The translations under genes were made by a program, and so were the position numbers. DNA of 64,000 nt from Ureibacillus sp. (lineage in GTDB: Bacteria > Bacillota > Bacilli > Bacillales_A > Planococcaceae). Below the pieces are notes generated by a model. The model was given only the letters and a program-made list of their open reading frames with translations. It ran no database searches and was not told where the DNA came from. Positions 54,446 through 63,224 of the stretch are shown here, in pieces. Positions within the stretch are counted from its first letter, which is position 1, and every line of letters begins with the position of its first letter. The DNA lies in NCBI GenBank assembly GCA_035555915.1, contig DATMGC010000151.1, forward strand, positions 386 to 64,385, in the 5' to 3' direction.

Positions 54446-55315
54446 ATGAATATCCAAAAATATATGGCTTTTGTTAAAGCAGTAGAATATGGGAGTTTTA
54501 CACGGGCTGCTGAAAGCTTAAACTATACGCAGTCGGGCGTTAGCCGTATGATTAATGATTTAGAATCTGAATGGGGAATTTTGCTCTTTGAAAGAGGTCG
54601 TAGCGGTATCACTTTGACATCTGATGGCTTAAAGTTATATCCACAGTTAAAGCGAGTCTGTAATGAACATGAAATGCTCATGATACAAATTGAGGACTTA
54701 CATGATATCCAGTCTGGAATCATAAGAATTGGAACATTTTCTAGCGTAGCAACCCATTGGCTACCGAATATTATTAAATACTTTAAGAAGGACTATCCGG
54801 GGATTGATTTTGAATTACTCTTAGGGGATTATACGGAGATCGAAAGCTGGATTATCGAAGGTCGGGTTGACTTTGGATTTTTACGACTACCGACAAACGC
54901 TGAAATGGATACAATCTTTATTGAGCAAGACCGTTTGCTAGTAGTCCTTCCTGAAGATCATCCATTCGCTAATTACAAGAAGTTTCCAATCAATGAGTTA
55001 TTGAACAGCCCATTTATGTTATTGGAAAAAGGAGCAAAAGCAGAAATCTCTGAAATTTTTGAGAAACATCAAATTTCACCGAAAATTTCTTTTACAACAT
55101 GGGACGACTATTCCATTATGTCGATGGTAGAAAACGGGTTAGGAATCAGTATATTACCAGAACTAATTTTACAAAGAATTCCTTACCAAATTATCACGAA
55201 AGAGCTTGAAGTACCTGCTTATCGGAATATTGGAGTTGCTATGAGAGAGCAAAAGTCTCTTTCACTTGCGGCTAAAAAATTTTTAGAATACTTATCCTAT
55301 AGAAAGAGAAAGTAA
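54446..55315 (+). CDS. LysR-family regulator divergent from EamA gene
   Basis: GSFTRAAESLNYTQSGVS HTH. Confidence 0.93.
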   Translation: MNIQKYMAFVKAVEYGSFTRAAESLNYTQSGVSRMINDLESEWGILLFERGRSGITLTSDGLKLYPQLKRVCNEHEMLMIQIEDLHDIQSGIIRIGTFSSVATHWLPNIIKYFKKDYPGIDFELLLGDYTEIESWIIEGRVDFGFLRLPTNAEMDTIFIEQDRLLVVLPEDHPFANYKKFPINELLNSPFMLLEKGAKAEISEIFEKHQISPKISFTTWDDYSIMSMVENGLGISILPELILQRIPYQIITKELEVPAYRNIGVAMREQKSLSLAAKKFLEYLSYRKRK

Positions 55316-55388
55316 AAGGCATGGGGGCTTTATCATAGAAGTATTATCTCTGGACTTTTCTATACTAACTTAGAAAGTCAACGCTAAA

Positions 55389-55433
55389 ATTTGGATGTAT
55401 AGTAGGGGCTTGTCCCCTTTTATACATCCAAAT
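55389..55433. repeat. REP-like hairpin
   Basis: ATTTGGATGTATA/TATACATCCAAAT outer stem with inner AGGGG-CTTGT-CCCCT. Confidence 0.45.
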
Positions 55434-55522
55434 CAAACATCAGAACAAGTTTAATTGGTGACAATAGCCATTACCAGTATTTATTTAGTAATTGGGGGTT
55501 CTTCATCCCAACTTTACTCTTT

Positions 55523-56002
55523 TTATTTTCTAACAACAGGGATCCACATTTCACCATATACTAAGCCGTCACGCTGACCCATCACAACCGCTGCATTAGG
55601 ACCACCTACATAAGATACATCCGTTACTTCCCTTAAAACTTCTCCAAAGGCAATACTAGTAAGTTTGTTACTCAACTCTTCATCTGTATGGGCTTCCCCT
55701 TTAACAACAATATATTCCCCTTTAGGAAATTGAATCAGTCTAGATGCTTCTGGCGAGGACTCCTCCGACATTACCCCAGCGTAATGCATCATTTTATTAT
55801 TCACGGCTTCGTTTACGACAAAAATATAGTCATTTGTTGCGATTGCTTTTAGTTTATTTAGCGTTCCATCTTGATTGATTGCTTGCCAAAAATCTGCTTT
55901 TTCCTTATTAATACCAACATAGTCTGTATAATGACTCTTAAGCTCTGTTCCAATTCCTAAAACCGTAAAGCTGTTCTTTTCTTCTAACGAATAATTTGCC
56001 AC
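55523..56002 (-). CDS. GyrI-like small-molecule-binding domain protein
   Basis: FTVLGIG, HYAGV, FPKGEYIVV, EMWIPV pattern. Confidence 0.75.
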   Translation of the reverse strand: MANYSLEEKNSFTVLGIGTELKSHYTDYVGINKEKADFWQAINQDGTLNKLKAIATNDYIFVVNEAVNNKMMHYAGVMSEESSPEASRLIQFPKGEYIVVKGEAHTDEELSNKLTSIAFGEVLREVTDVSYVGGPNAAVVMGQRDGLVYGEMWIPVVRK

Positions 56003-56107
56003 TTCAAAATTCCTCCTTTAAATGAAACAAAAGATTTGTTTTTTAACTTGCTGGATTTATAATAGCATTTAATTATGTCAAAAAATGATACTGTTTAGGA
56101 GGTCCCA

Positions 56108-57076
56108 ATGAAAAAAGTTGAACGAATTAATACCATCATGCGGTATATCAACAATCGCTCCTACTTTACAATTTCTGAAATTATGCAGGAATTTAACATC
56201 TCACGTTCGACTGCAATTCGAGATATTAGAGAAATTGAAGCTATGGGGATGCCTCTTGAAGCTGAAGTTGGAAGAGATGGGGGGTATTCTGTTATGAACA
56301 ACTCTGTCCTGCCCTCTATTAACTTTACTGATAACGAAATAAAAGCACTCTTTATTGCTTTTATGGCGTCAAGAAACCAGCAACTTCCCTATTTAAAAAG
56401 TCGACAGTCTTTAGCTGAAAAATTACTAGGTCTAATTCCAGAAAACCAACAAGAAACTCTCGTTTTATTAAATCAAATCTTACTTTTCGAAGGTACGAAT
56501 CCTCAGAATCCTGATTTACTTGATTTAACAGATCTCCCTCATCCTATGTTAGAAAAGCTCATCCAACTCATACTATTGGATCGACATTTATTGATTACCA
56601 TTAAAGAAGGAGATGTTATTAAGTCTTATCCAATTTATCTCTTGCACCTTTATCGTGAAAAAAGCCTATGGCAAATTGAAGGTTTTGACTTAAAGGAAGA
56701 AAGGAAGAAGACTTTTCCTGTAGATCATCTCACCAATGTAGAACCATATTCTACGAAAAAAAGAATAACTAAAAAAAAGGTTTTAGAAAACCTTAGTAAA
56801 CAGGAAGAAGTAATTAATCTTGTTATTGAATTAGGTCCAAAGGCAATTGCTCAATTTAAAAAGTACCATCCTTTTAAATTTTCTATTTCCTATACGAATC
56901 CTTACCAGGCTACAGCCATTCTAAAGACTTTTATCAATGTTAATATGCCCGAAGAATTGATGGATATTACCAATTGGCTCCTTTTCCTAGGTGACGATAT
57001 CAAGTTTAAGGAAGTACCAGAAGAAATATTAGCTAATTTACGAGAGAGATTATACTCGTTACCAATAATCAATTGA
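56108..57076 (+). CDS. HTH_11-WYL (YafY/YobV-like) regulator
   Basis: ISRSTAIRDIREIEAMG..GRDGGY HTH; WYL-like region with WQI and KTFPVDHL. Confidence 0.8.
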   Translation: MKKVERINTIMRYINNRSYFTISEIMQEFNISRSTAIRDIREIEAMGMPLEAEVGRDGGYSVMNNSVLPSINFTDNEIKALFIAFMASRNQQLPYLKSRQSLAEKLLGLIPENQQETLVLLNQILLFEGTNPQNPDLLDLTDLPHPMLEKLIQLILLDRHLLITIKEGDVIKSYPIYLLHLYREKSLWQIEGFDLKEERKKTFPVDHLTNVEPYSTKKRITKKKVLENLSKQEEVINLVIELGPKAIAQFKKYHPFKFSISYTNPYQATAILKTFINVNMPEELMDITNWLLFLGDDIKFKEVPEEILANLRERLYSLPIIN

Positions 57077-57162
57077 CTAAATGCGTACGAAAATAATTGC
57101 TCATGAACCTCATGTGTTGACCATATATTTATTTTATAAAATGTGCAGAAATAAAGGAGGAT

Positions 57163-57420
57163 ATGTGTATCGTACAGCCAAAAGAAGTACGTTTACGACG
57201 CATTCAACATCTCGCTCATGAAGTCATGGATAAAGTTAATTTAAGTGAAGACCAGTTAAAATCTGAGGAGTTTAAGGATGTAATTGATAACCTGTCCCGG
57301 GCAATTGGCGAATTAGCAGACCCATATGGTTATTATTCGCTAGACTATATTGAAGAAAAAGTGGAGAATGCATATAATCTGTTAATTAAAAATCCAAAGA
57401 AAATCAAATTTCATATCTAA
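57163..57420 (+). CDS. Hypothetical protein
   Basis: AAGGAGG RBS, 85 aa helical. Confidence 0.7.
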   Translation: MCIVQPKEVRLRRIQHLAHEVMDKVNLSEDQLKSEEFKDVIDNLSRAIGELADPYGYYSLDYIEEKVENAYNLLIKNPKKIKFHI

Positions 57421-57539
57421 TAAAATACTCGCGTTATTTATAAGGATTAAAAATAATTTAAATAATCACGAATGAAAATGAGAGTTATTATCAATACTAT
57501 AGATAATAAAAGGTAACCAAATAGGTTACCTAAAAACAA

Positions 57540-57695
57540 TTAATTTTCTGGTTTAAATGTTTTACAATCTGTTTCTTCACTATTGGATGCTTCTTTACCT
57601 TTATTACTTACTACGTAAATTTGTTCAGCATTACACTTGTTTCCAGAAGCCCAGTAAGAACAGTTATTAACCTCACAAAGAACATCTTGAGCCAT
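57540..57695 (-). CDS. DUF1540-type Cys-rich small protein, 51 aa
   Basis: MAQDVLCEVNNCSYWASGNKCNAEQIYV...TDCKTF; GAGGAGG RBS; missed by ORF track. Confidence 0.85.
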   Translation of the reverse strand: MAQDVLCEVNNCSYWASGNKCNAEQIYVVSNKGKEASNSEETDCKTFKPEN

Positions 57696-57748
57696 AGTAT
57701 CACACCTCCTCTATTTGTATCATTAACAAATTTGAGGAGGTTGATACT
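57696..57748 (-). promoter_or_regulatory. RBS-sequestering hairpin of DUF1540 gene
   Basis: Minus strand GTATCAACCTCCTC pairs with GAGGAGGTGTGATAC, with inner ATTTGT/ACAAAT stem. Confidence 0.65.
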
Positions 57749-58077
57749 TTTTTTATTGTTTTATTTAAAAATTTTTTCCTTTTTCATGGAAAATGACCGA
57801 TTATTGTAAAGAGTTAAGTGGCCCCTTAAATCCATTTCTATGTACTAGAATTAGTTTCTTTGTTGAGACAACGTTCTACAAATCTCAATAATAGACATCC
57901 AAATAAAGATTACAATGGAAACAATCACTTTAACATAATTTTGTAAGTCATTTAATGAGCATTCTTCTCAACCTTACTTTTTTCCGAGAAAATAAAAAGC
58001 ACAATTCCTGCTACGGAATTGTGCTCAATACTAGAGTCAATTTTGATAATTATTATATAATTTTATCGAAAAAAACA

Positions 58078-58716
58078 TTATTCAGCTTCGCCAACGACTG
58101 TAAATCTTTGATTCAAATGTTTAGCATTCTCAATTTCATCTAAAACCGCAACAGCATAATCTGCATAACTGATATAACTTTCACCCTTAGAATTAACAAG
58201 AAGGTGATCTTTTCCTAATTGATATGCCCCAGTTTTTTTTCCTTCCGCATCAAAATTAGCTGATGGGCTAATAAATGTCCATGTTAAGTCAGTTGTTTGA
58301 AGTAACTCTTCTAAGTTACGGCCTTGACCTTTTGCTGTTGGTTTGACGAAATCTGGAAACTCAGGTGTATCAATTAATCTAACAGTTTTATTTTCATCAA
58401 CATAAAGGCTTCCGGCACCACCTACAACAATTAGCCTTGTTTTCGTTCCTCTTAGTGCCTCTATTAACGTATGTCCAGCGTCAACATGTGCTTGTTCTTC
58501 ACCAAGCGGAGCGCCAAAAGCATTGACAACTACTTCAAATTGGTTGAGATCTTCAGCTTTTAAATCAAAGATATTTTTTTCAATAACCGATTCACTTTTA
58601 TCTTTTAGTTTTGAAGCGTCCCTAACAATAGCCGTCACTTCATGACCACGACTACTAGCTTCTTTTAAAATAAGACTTCCTACTTTTCCACTTGCTCCAA
58701 CTATACCAATTCTCAT
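58078..58716 (-). CDS. NAD(P)-dependent oxidoreductase (YwnB-like, NmrA/NAD_binding_10)
   Basis: GASGKVG, VVGGAGSL, SYISYADYA. Confidence 0.88.
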   Translation of the reverse strand: MRIGIVGASGKVGSLILKEASSRGHEVTAIVRDASKLKDKSESVIEKNIFDLKAEDLNQFEVVVNAFGAPLGEEQAHVDAGHTLIEALRGTKTRLIVVGGAGSLYVDENKTVRLIDTPEFPDFVKPTAKGQGRNLEELLQTTDLTWTFISPSANFDAEGKKTGAYQLGKDHLLVNSKGESYISYADYAVAVLDEIENAKHLNQRFTVVGEAE

Positions 58717-58783
58717 TACGATTACCCCTCTTCTTTACAGTTTAGATATCCATTCTCTTTATTAGTTTCTTCTGCACATTAAC

Positions 58784-58796
58784 TTACTTTATGTAA
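58784..58796. promoter_or_regulatory. CatR-type operator TTAC-N5-GTAA
   Basis: TTACtttatGTAA between the divergent oxidoreductase and HxlR genes. Confidence 0.5.
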
Positions 58797-58904
58797 CTTA
58801 GTTTATTTATGGAACTTAATTTTGTCAAGTAACTACATTTCATTATGTAATTATATTGTTTGCCTTTTGTGATATACTAATAGTAAGTGAGGTGTAACTA
58901 AAAG

Positions 58905-59225
58905 ATGCCGCAACCAACAATTTGCCCCAAATTTGAAAAAGCCATCTCATTATTAAGTCAAAGATGGACCGCATTAGTGATCTATCAATTATTGTCAGGT
59001 TCTCAACGATTCAGTGAAATTCAATCTGCTATAGGTATTAGTGGAAAAGTATTATCTGACCGTTTAAAAGATTTAGAACAGCAAGGGATAGTTAAACGTG
59101 AAGTTATACCCGATACACCTGTGGTTATTGAGTACTCACTAACTGAAAAAGGACAATCAATAGAACCTATTTTAAGAACAATCGAAAACTGGTCTCAGAA
59201 GTGGGTTAAGCCAGAATCTGAGTGA
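58905..59225 (+). CDS. HxlR/DUF24 (CatR/YodB-like) redox-sensing regulator
   Basis: CPKFEKA..RW..GSQRFSEI..LSDRLKDLE..IEYSLTEKG; N-terminal Cys as in CatR/YodB. Confidence 0.9.
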   Translation: MPQPTICPKFEKAISLLSQRWTALVIYQLLSGSQRFSEIQSAIGISGKVLSDRLKDLEQQGIVKREVIPDTPVVIEYSLTEKGQSIEPILRTIENWSQKWVKPESE

Positions 59226-59274
59226 TGATAAATAATAAGATGGAATATATAAATTCTTAATCTAGCATTACCCT

Positions 59275-59321
59275 AAAACAGACATGAACAGAGTGTATTC
59301 ACTCAGTTCATGTCTGTTTTT
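59275..59321. terminator. Bidirectional terminator
   Basis: AAAACAGACATGAAC/GTTCATGTCTGTTTT. Confidence 0.85.
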
Positions 59322-59361
59322 ATCCTCTTATTAAATTTATTTAAAGCAGATCACTAATTAA

Positions 59362-60816
59362 TTATTTATAGTCTATTTTCACTCGTTTAACAAAGAAAGC
59401 AAGAACCAATCCAATTAAAGCGACAATAATAGCAAACGTAAATGATCTGTGTAACCCTTCTGTAAATGCTAGTAATGGATTTAGCGGATTTGCTTCATCT
59501 ACAGGATTACTCAAATAATTTTTTGATCCTGATGCTAGTAAGGATATTGCTACAGCAGTACCAATTGCACCAGCTACTTGCTGCAAAGTATTCATAATAG
59601 CTGTTCCATGTGGATAGAGCTCCGGTGGCAATTCATTTAATCCATTTGTTTGTGCTGGCATCATAATCATAGAAACACCAATCATTAACACAATCAGTAG
59701 TCCTATAATGAAACCTTTTGAAGTCTCTAGGTCAATTGTTGCAAAACCAAACAATGATGCTAAAACTAATACGAATCCGGGAATGACAAGCCATTTAGGG
59801 CCAAATTTATCAAACAGCCCACCCATTAGTGGAGAAAGGATACCATTCATTATTCCGCCCGGAAGTAATAGTAATCCTGCTGTGAAAGTACTTAGTGCGA
59901 GTACAGTCTGTAAGTACAGTGGAAGTAGGATCATGGAAGAAAGTATAACCATCATCACTATGACGATCAGAATTAAACCAATTACAAACATGGGGTATTT
60001 AAATGCTCTTAACTCCATGATTGGTTCCTTCATTGTTAACTGACGAATAGTAAATAGTAATAAACCTAGAACACCAGCTACTAAGGCAATGATTACTTCA
60101 AGGCTTCCCCAGCCTCCACCTTCTCCGGTATTGCTAAATCCATAAACTATTCCTCCAAAACCGATTGTAGATAACAATATAGATAGAATATCAATTTTTG
60201 GTTTAGTTGGAGTTGTAACATTCTGCATATAGAAACTACCAAATACAATTGCTACTACTAAGAGCGGTAAAGAAACCCAGAAAATCCAGTGCCAAGTTAA
60301 CGTTTTAAGAATCAACCCTGAGATCGTTGGCCCTACAGCTGGAGCAAAGCTAATTACTAGCCCCATTATACCCATAACTTTACCACGATTTTGCGGTGGT
60401 ATTAGAACAAGAATGGTATTAAACATAAGTGGTAATAAAAGTGCTGTCCCTACTGCTTGCACCACACGAGCAATCATTAGTACTGTAAACGTTGGTGCGA
60501 GGGCAGCAATAAAAGTACCGATAATTGAAAAAATAAGCGAAGTTATAAATAACTGTCTAGTTGTAAACCATTGTAAAATCAGACCGGATACTGGAACTAA
60601 AATACCCAATGTTAACAAATAACCAGTTGTTAACCACTGTACAGTTGTTTCCGTAATGCCAAAATCTGTAATGAGGCCATTTAGTGCCATATTCAATGCT
60701 GTTTCACTGAAAAGACCAATAAAACCGGCTATTAAGAAGGACACGATAATAGGAACCGTTCTTACATTATTTTCTGCAATGGTCGAACCATTGCTGGCGG
60801 ACATATCTACGTTCAT
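59362..60816 (-). CDS. lmrB: DHA2 MFS multidrug efflux pump (LmrB-like)
   Basis: FSETALNMAL, VQWLTTGYLL, MMPAQTNGLN; closely follows B. subtilis LmrB; start re-assigned. Confidence 0.85.
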   Translation of the reverse strand: MNVDMSASNGSTIAENNVRTVPIIVSFLIAGFIGLFSETALNMALNGLITDFGITETTVQWLTTGYLLTLGILVPVSGLILQWFTTRQLFITSLIFSIIGTFIAALAPTFTVLMIARVVQAVGTALLLPLMFNTILVLIPPQNRGKVMGIMGLVISFAPAVGPTISGLILKTLTWHWIFWVSLPLLVVAIVFGSFYMQNVTTPTKPKIDILSILLSTIGFGGIVYGFSNTGEGGGWGSLEVIIALVAGVLGLLLFTIRQLTMKEPIMELRAFKYPMFVIGLILIVIVMMVILSSMILLPLYLQTVLALSTFTAGLLLLPGGIMNGILSPLMGGLFDKFGPKWLVIPGFVLVLASLFGFATIDLETSKGFIIGLLIVLMIGVSMIMMPAQTNGLNELPPELYPHGTAIMNTLQQVAGAIGTAVAISLLASGSKNYLSNPVDEANPLNPLLAFTEGLHRSFTFAIIVALIGLVLAFFVKRVKIDYK

Positions 60817-60939
60817 ATTTGTTATTTCTCCTTTTAATTGATATAGAAGTGATTTTTTTAAAAGCTCCACAATTTCATATAGATATTCTTAAACAAACCA
60901 ATTGTAATTACACATACTTCTTTACTATTCACATTTGAT

Positions 60940-61167
60940 TTACTTATTCCCTCTAAAAATACCAATTCCAGACACAACACACAGCAATACTAGTAATAAT
61001 AATCTTAACCAATCCATTGCCAGCCAAAAGTCTCCACCATTAACAGTATCAGGGCTTAATCCAAACTCATCTACAAAAACTCCTAAATTATAAAATAATT
61101 TAAGTGAGATAAGTAAGGATAAAAGACTTAATACGAACACTGTAATTGCTACAATCCTTTTCCTCAT
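60940..61167 (-). CDS. Small two-TM hypothetical protein
   Basis: AGGGG RBS, two hydrophobic segments. Confidence 0.7.
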   Translation of the reverse strand: MRKRIVAITVFVLSLLSLLISLKLFYNLGVFVDEFGLSPDTVNGGDFWLAMDWLRLLLLVLLCVVSGIGIFRGNK

Positions 61168-61268
61168 CCTAACCCCTTTTAAAAAATCTCAATTTCTCTC
61201 TAACTTTACCATAAAAACCCACATCTCTATTAAAGTATTTAAACTTAAACTAATTTTTACTCCTTAAT

Positions 61269-61293
61269 GTTTGAACGGAGTTATTTAGGGTTA
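61269..61293 (+). promoter_or_regulatory. SigB-like promoter
   Basis: GTTTGA-13-GGGTTA upstream of a GlsB/YeaQ/YmgE stress gene. Confidence 0.45.
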
Positions 61294-61332
61294 TATATAA
61301 CTATCCAGAAATATAAACTACATAAATAGGAG

Positions 61333-61596
61333 ATGGATAGTATGAGTTTCATTTGGTTTTTAATAATTGGTGGAGTTATCGGTTGGCTTGCAGGTATCAT
61401 TTTGGGAAAAGATATCCCAGGTGGAATCATTGGTAATATTATTGCTGGTGTGATCGGCGCTTGGATTGGTGGTATGCTTCTTGGAGATTGGGGACCAAAA
61501 ATTTCTGATTTCTATATCTTACCTGCCTTAGTTGGAGCTATTATCCTTGTGTTCATTGTAGGCTTAATTATGAAATCAATGCGTAAAGTTTCGTAA
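61333..61596 (+). CDS. GlsB/YeaQ/YmgE family stress-response membrane protein
   Basis: IIGGVIGWLAG..GNIIAGVIGAWIGG..ALVGAIIL. Confidence 0.9.
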   Translation: MDSMSFIWFLIIGGVIGWLAGIILGKDIPGGIIGNIIAGVIGAWIGGMLLGDWGPKISDFYILPALVGAIILVFIVGLIMKSMRKVS

Positions 61597-61662
61597 TGTA
61601 TAAAGCTTTACAATACCGTTAAGTGAACCTACATTTAAACAATAAACGGTGATAGTACTCAT

Positions 61663-61707
61663 AAAAAGCGGCCTTCCACAATCTAACTTGTGGAGGACCG
61701 CTTTTTT
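61663..61707. terminator. Bidirectional terminator
   Basis: AAAAAGCGG..CCACAA/TTGTGG..CCGCTTTTT. Confidence 0.8.
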
Positions 61708-61815
61708 CTTTGATGTTAACTTATCAAATTGCATCCTTCAATAAGTATTTAATCTAAAGTATATATATGTAATAAATCACTTATGTATATCATTTAATAG
61801 TGTTTTGAAGCTACT

Positions 61816-61992
61816 TTACTTAATGGATAAATAAAATCTCGCATTTGCGAAAAATACAGTTCCTAAAAGAAATAATATGACGATCACCCAACTTGCAATT
61901 GCTGAATAATCACCTTTTAAAATAAATTCACTGGTTAAAATAACAAATACCATAATTGCCATTACCATATACAAACCTATCAAATGTTTCAT
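61816..61992 (-). CDS. 58-aa two-TM small membrane protein
   Basis: MKHLIGLYMVMAIMVFVILTSEFILKGDYSAIASWVIVILFLLGTVFFANARFYLSIK; AGGAAGGG RBS; missed by track. Confidence 0.7.
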   Translation of the reverse strand: MKHLIGLYMVMAIMVFVILTSEFILKGDYSAIASWVIVILFLLGTVFFANARFYLSIK

Positions 61993-62071
61993 GAATTATT
62001 TTCCCTTCCTACTCATTTTCAAGAATTCTATCAGATTGGTTAGAGATTGTTATTTAATTAGTGACCTCCAA

Positions 62072-62105
62072 TAAAAGGTATTTCTCACTTATAAGAAATA
62101 CCTTT
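62072..62105 (-). terminator. Terminator after 35-aa ORF
   Basis: AAAGGTATTTCT/AGAAATACCTTT. Confidence 0.7.
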
Positions 62106-62121
62106 CTACTATATAAATAGA

Positions 62122-62229
62122 TTAGTTTTTAGGTGTTCTTACCAATCGAATAAACACTCCTAAACCTGCTAAAAAGAAGCCTAAGCAAAATAAACTACCT
62201 GGACTTCCCCAAACGATTTCATTAATCAA
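62122..62229 (-). CDS. 35-aa single-TM peptide MINEIVWGSPGSLFCLGFFLAGLGVFIRLVRTPKN
   Basis: AAGGAGTG RBS, TTG start, followed by hairpin terminator; missed by track. Confidence 0.6.
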   Translation of the reverse strand: MINEIVWGSPGSLFCLGFFLAGLGVFIRLVRTPKN

Positions 62230-62408
62230 GTGATCACTCCTTATTCTTTATTTGTTACCACTTTATGCAAACTCTTTTAAACTAGTATTCGATGTTGGCT
62301 TATAGATAGCCGGAAGACATTAGTAAATGGGAAGACTTTTACCTTAAAAACTAAGTTGTCTTTTGAAACAGACCCTTGTAGATAAGATATAGTTTCTGCC
62401 TTAGCTTT

Positions 62409-62435
62409 CTTGAACAAACAGCCCCGTTAGTTAGC
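62409..62435. other. Recombinase-core-like (dif-like) imperfect palindrome
   Basis: TTGAACAAAC-AGCCCC-GTTAGTTAGC: AAC(A/T)AAC arms around an asymmetric 6-bp spacer. Confidence 0.3.
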
Positions 62436-62495
62436 TGCCTCACAAAAGAAAATTCTTCCTTTACGCTTTTTTACCCCCATAGTATCTATACATTA

Positions 62496-62948
62496 TTAAT
62501 TAGATTTCCATTCATAAAGAATATCCGGTAAATTTTCTTCATTTTCGTGTCCTCTAGAAATGATCTTAAATCCGTTTTTTTCATAAAATCGTCGTGCGTT
62601 TTCATTAACTTCAAATGTATATAATGTCAATCTCCCGCTTGATTGTTCTTTTGCCTTATCAAGTAATCTTTGACCTATACCGAATCCTTGATAATCAATA
62701 TGAATATAAAGTTGGCTTATCTCACTTTCATTATAGGCAATCATTCCAACAACTTGATCATCATCATTTAACACTACCTCTATTTCATACTGTTCAGGTA
62801 ATATATTATTTAAAAAATATATATGATTTTCCAAGCTATGTTTTTCTTTCTGACCAATAGCTCTTTCCTTAGTTTGTCGCCACATACTCACTGTTTGTTC
62901 AGCAAATGTCGGATTATACTTAGTTATAATAAACTTGTGTGGATTCAC
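62496..62948 (-). CDS. GNAT family N-acetyltransferase
   Basis: QLYIHIDYQGFGIGQRLL, NENARRFYEKNGF. Confidence 0.92.
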   Translation of the reverse strand: MNPHKFIITKYNPTFAEQTVSMWRQTKERAIGQKEKHSLENHIYFLNNILPEQYEIEVVLNDDDQVVGMIAYNESEISQLYIHIDYQGFGIGQRLLDKAKEQSSGRLTLYTFEVNENARRFYEKNGFKIISRGHENEENLPDILYEWKSN

Positions 62949-63172
62949 TACATTACCTCCTCAAGAGATATACTAGACTTTAGTGAAAATTTCATTTTAC
63001 TCCCATATAAAAGGGCAAAGAGGTAAACAATTGTACTTACGGTTCTATAAAATTTCACCTTTTTACTTAATACGGTTAGGAATATTAACGGTTTCATTTA
63101 TTTACCCTTTCCTTTCACTTTCTTTAGTTTATTACCAAAGAAAAAGACACATTCCTTATAGAATCTATAATG

Positions 63173-63217
63173 AAAAAACACCTCCTATCCAATACCAAGT
63201 ATCGATAGGAGGTGTTT
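63173..63217 (-). terminator. Terminator after dedA
   Basis: AAACACCTCCTATC/GATAGGAGGTGTTT. Confidence 0.8.
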
Positions 63218-63224
63218 AGCATTT

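Noticed and set aside
57621-58143. 62-aa plus-strand ORFs 57621..57809 and 57955..58143
   Set aside because: The first is antisense to the real DUF1540 gene; the second is an AT-rich intergenic ORF overlapping the ywnB-like gene end.
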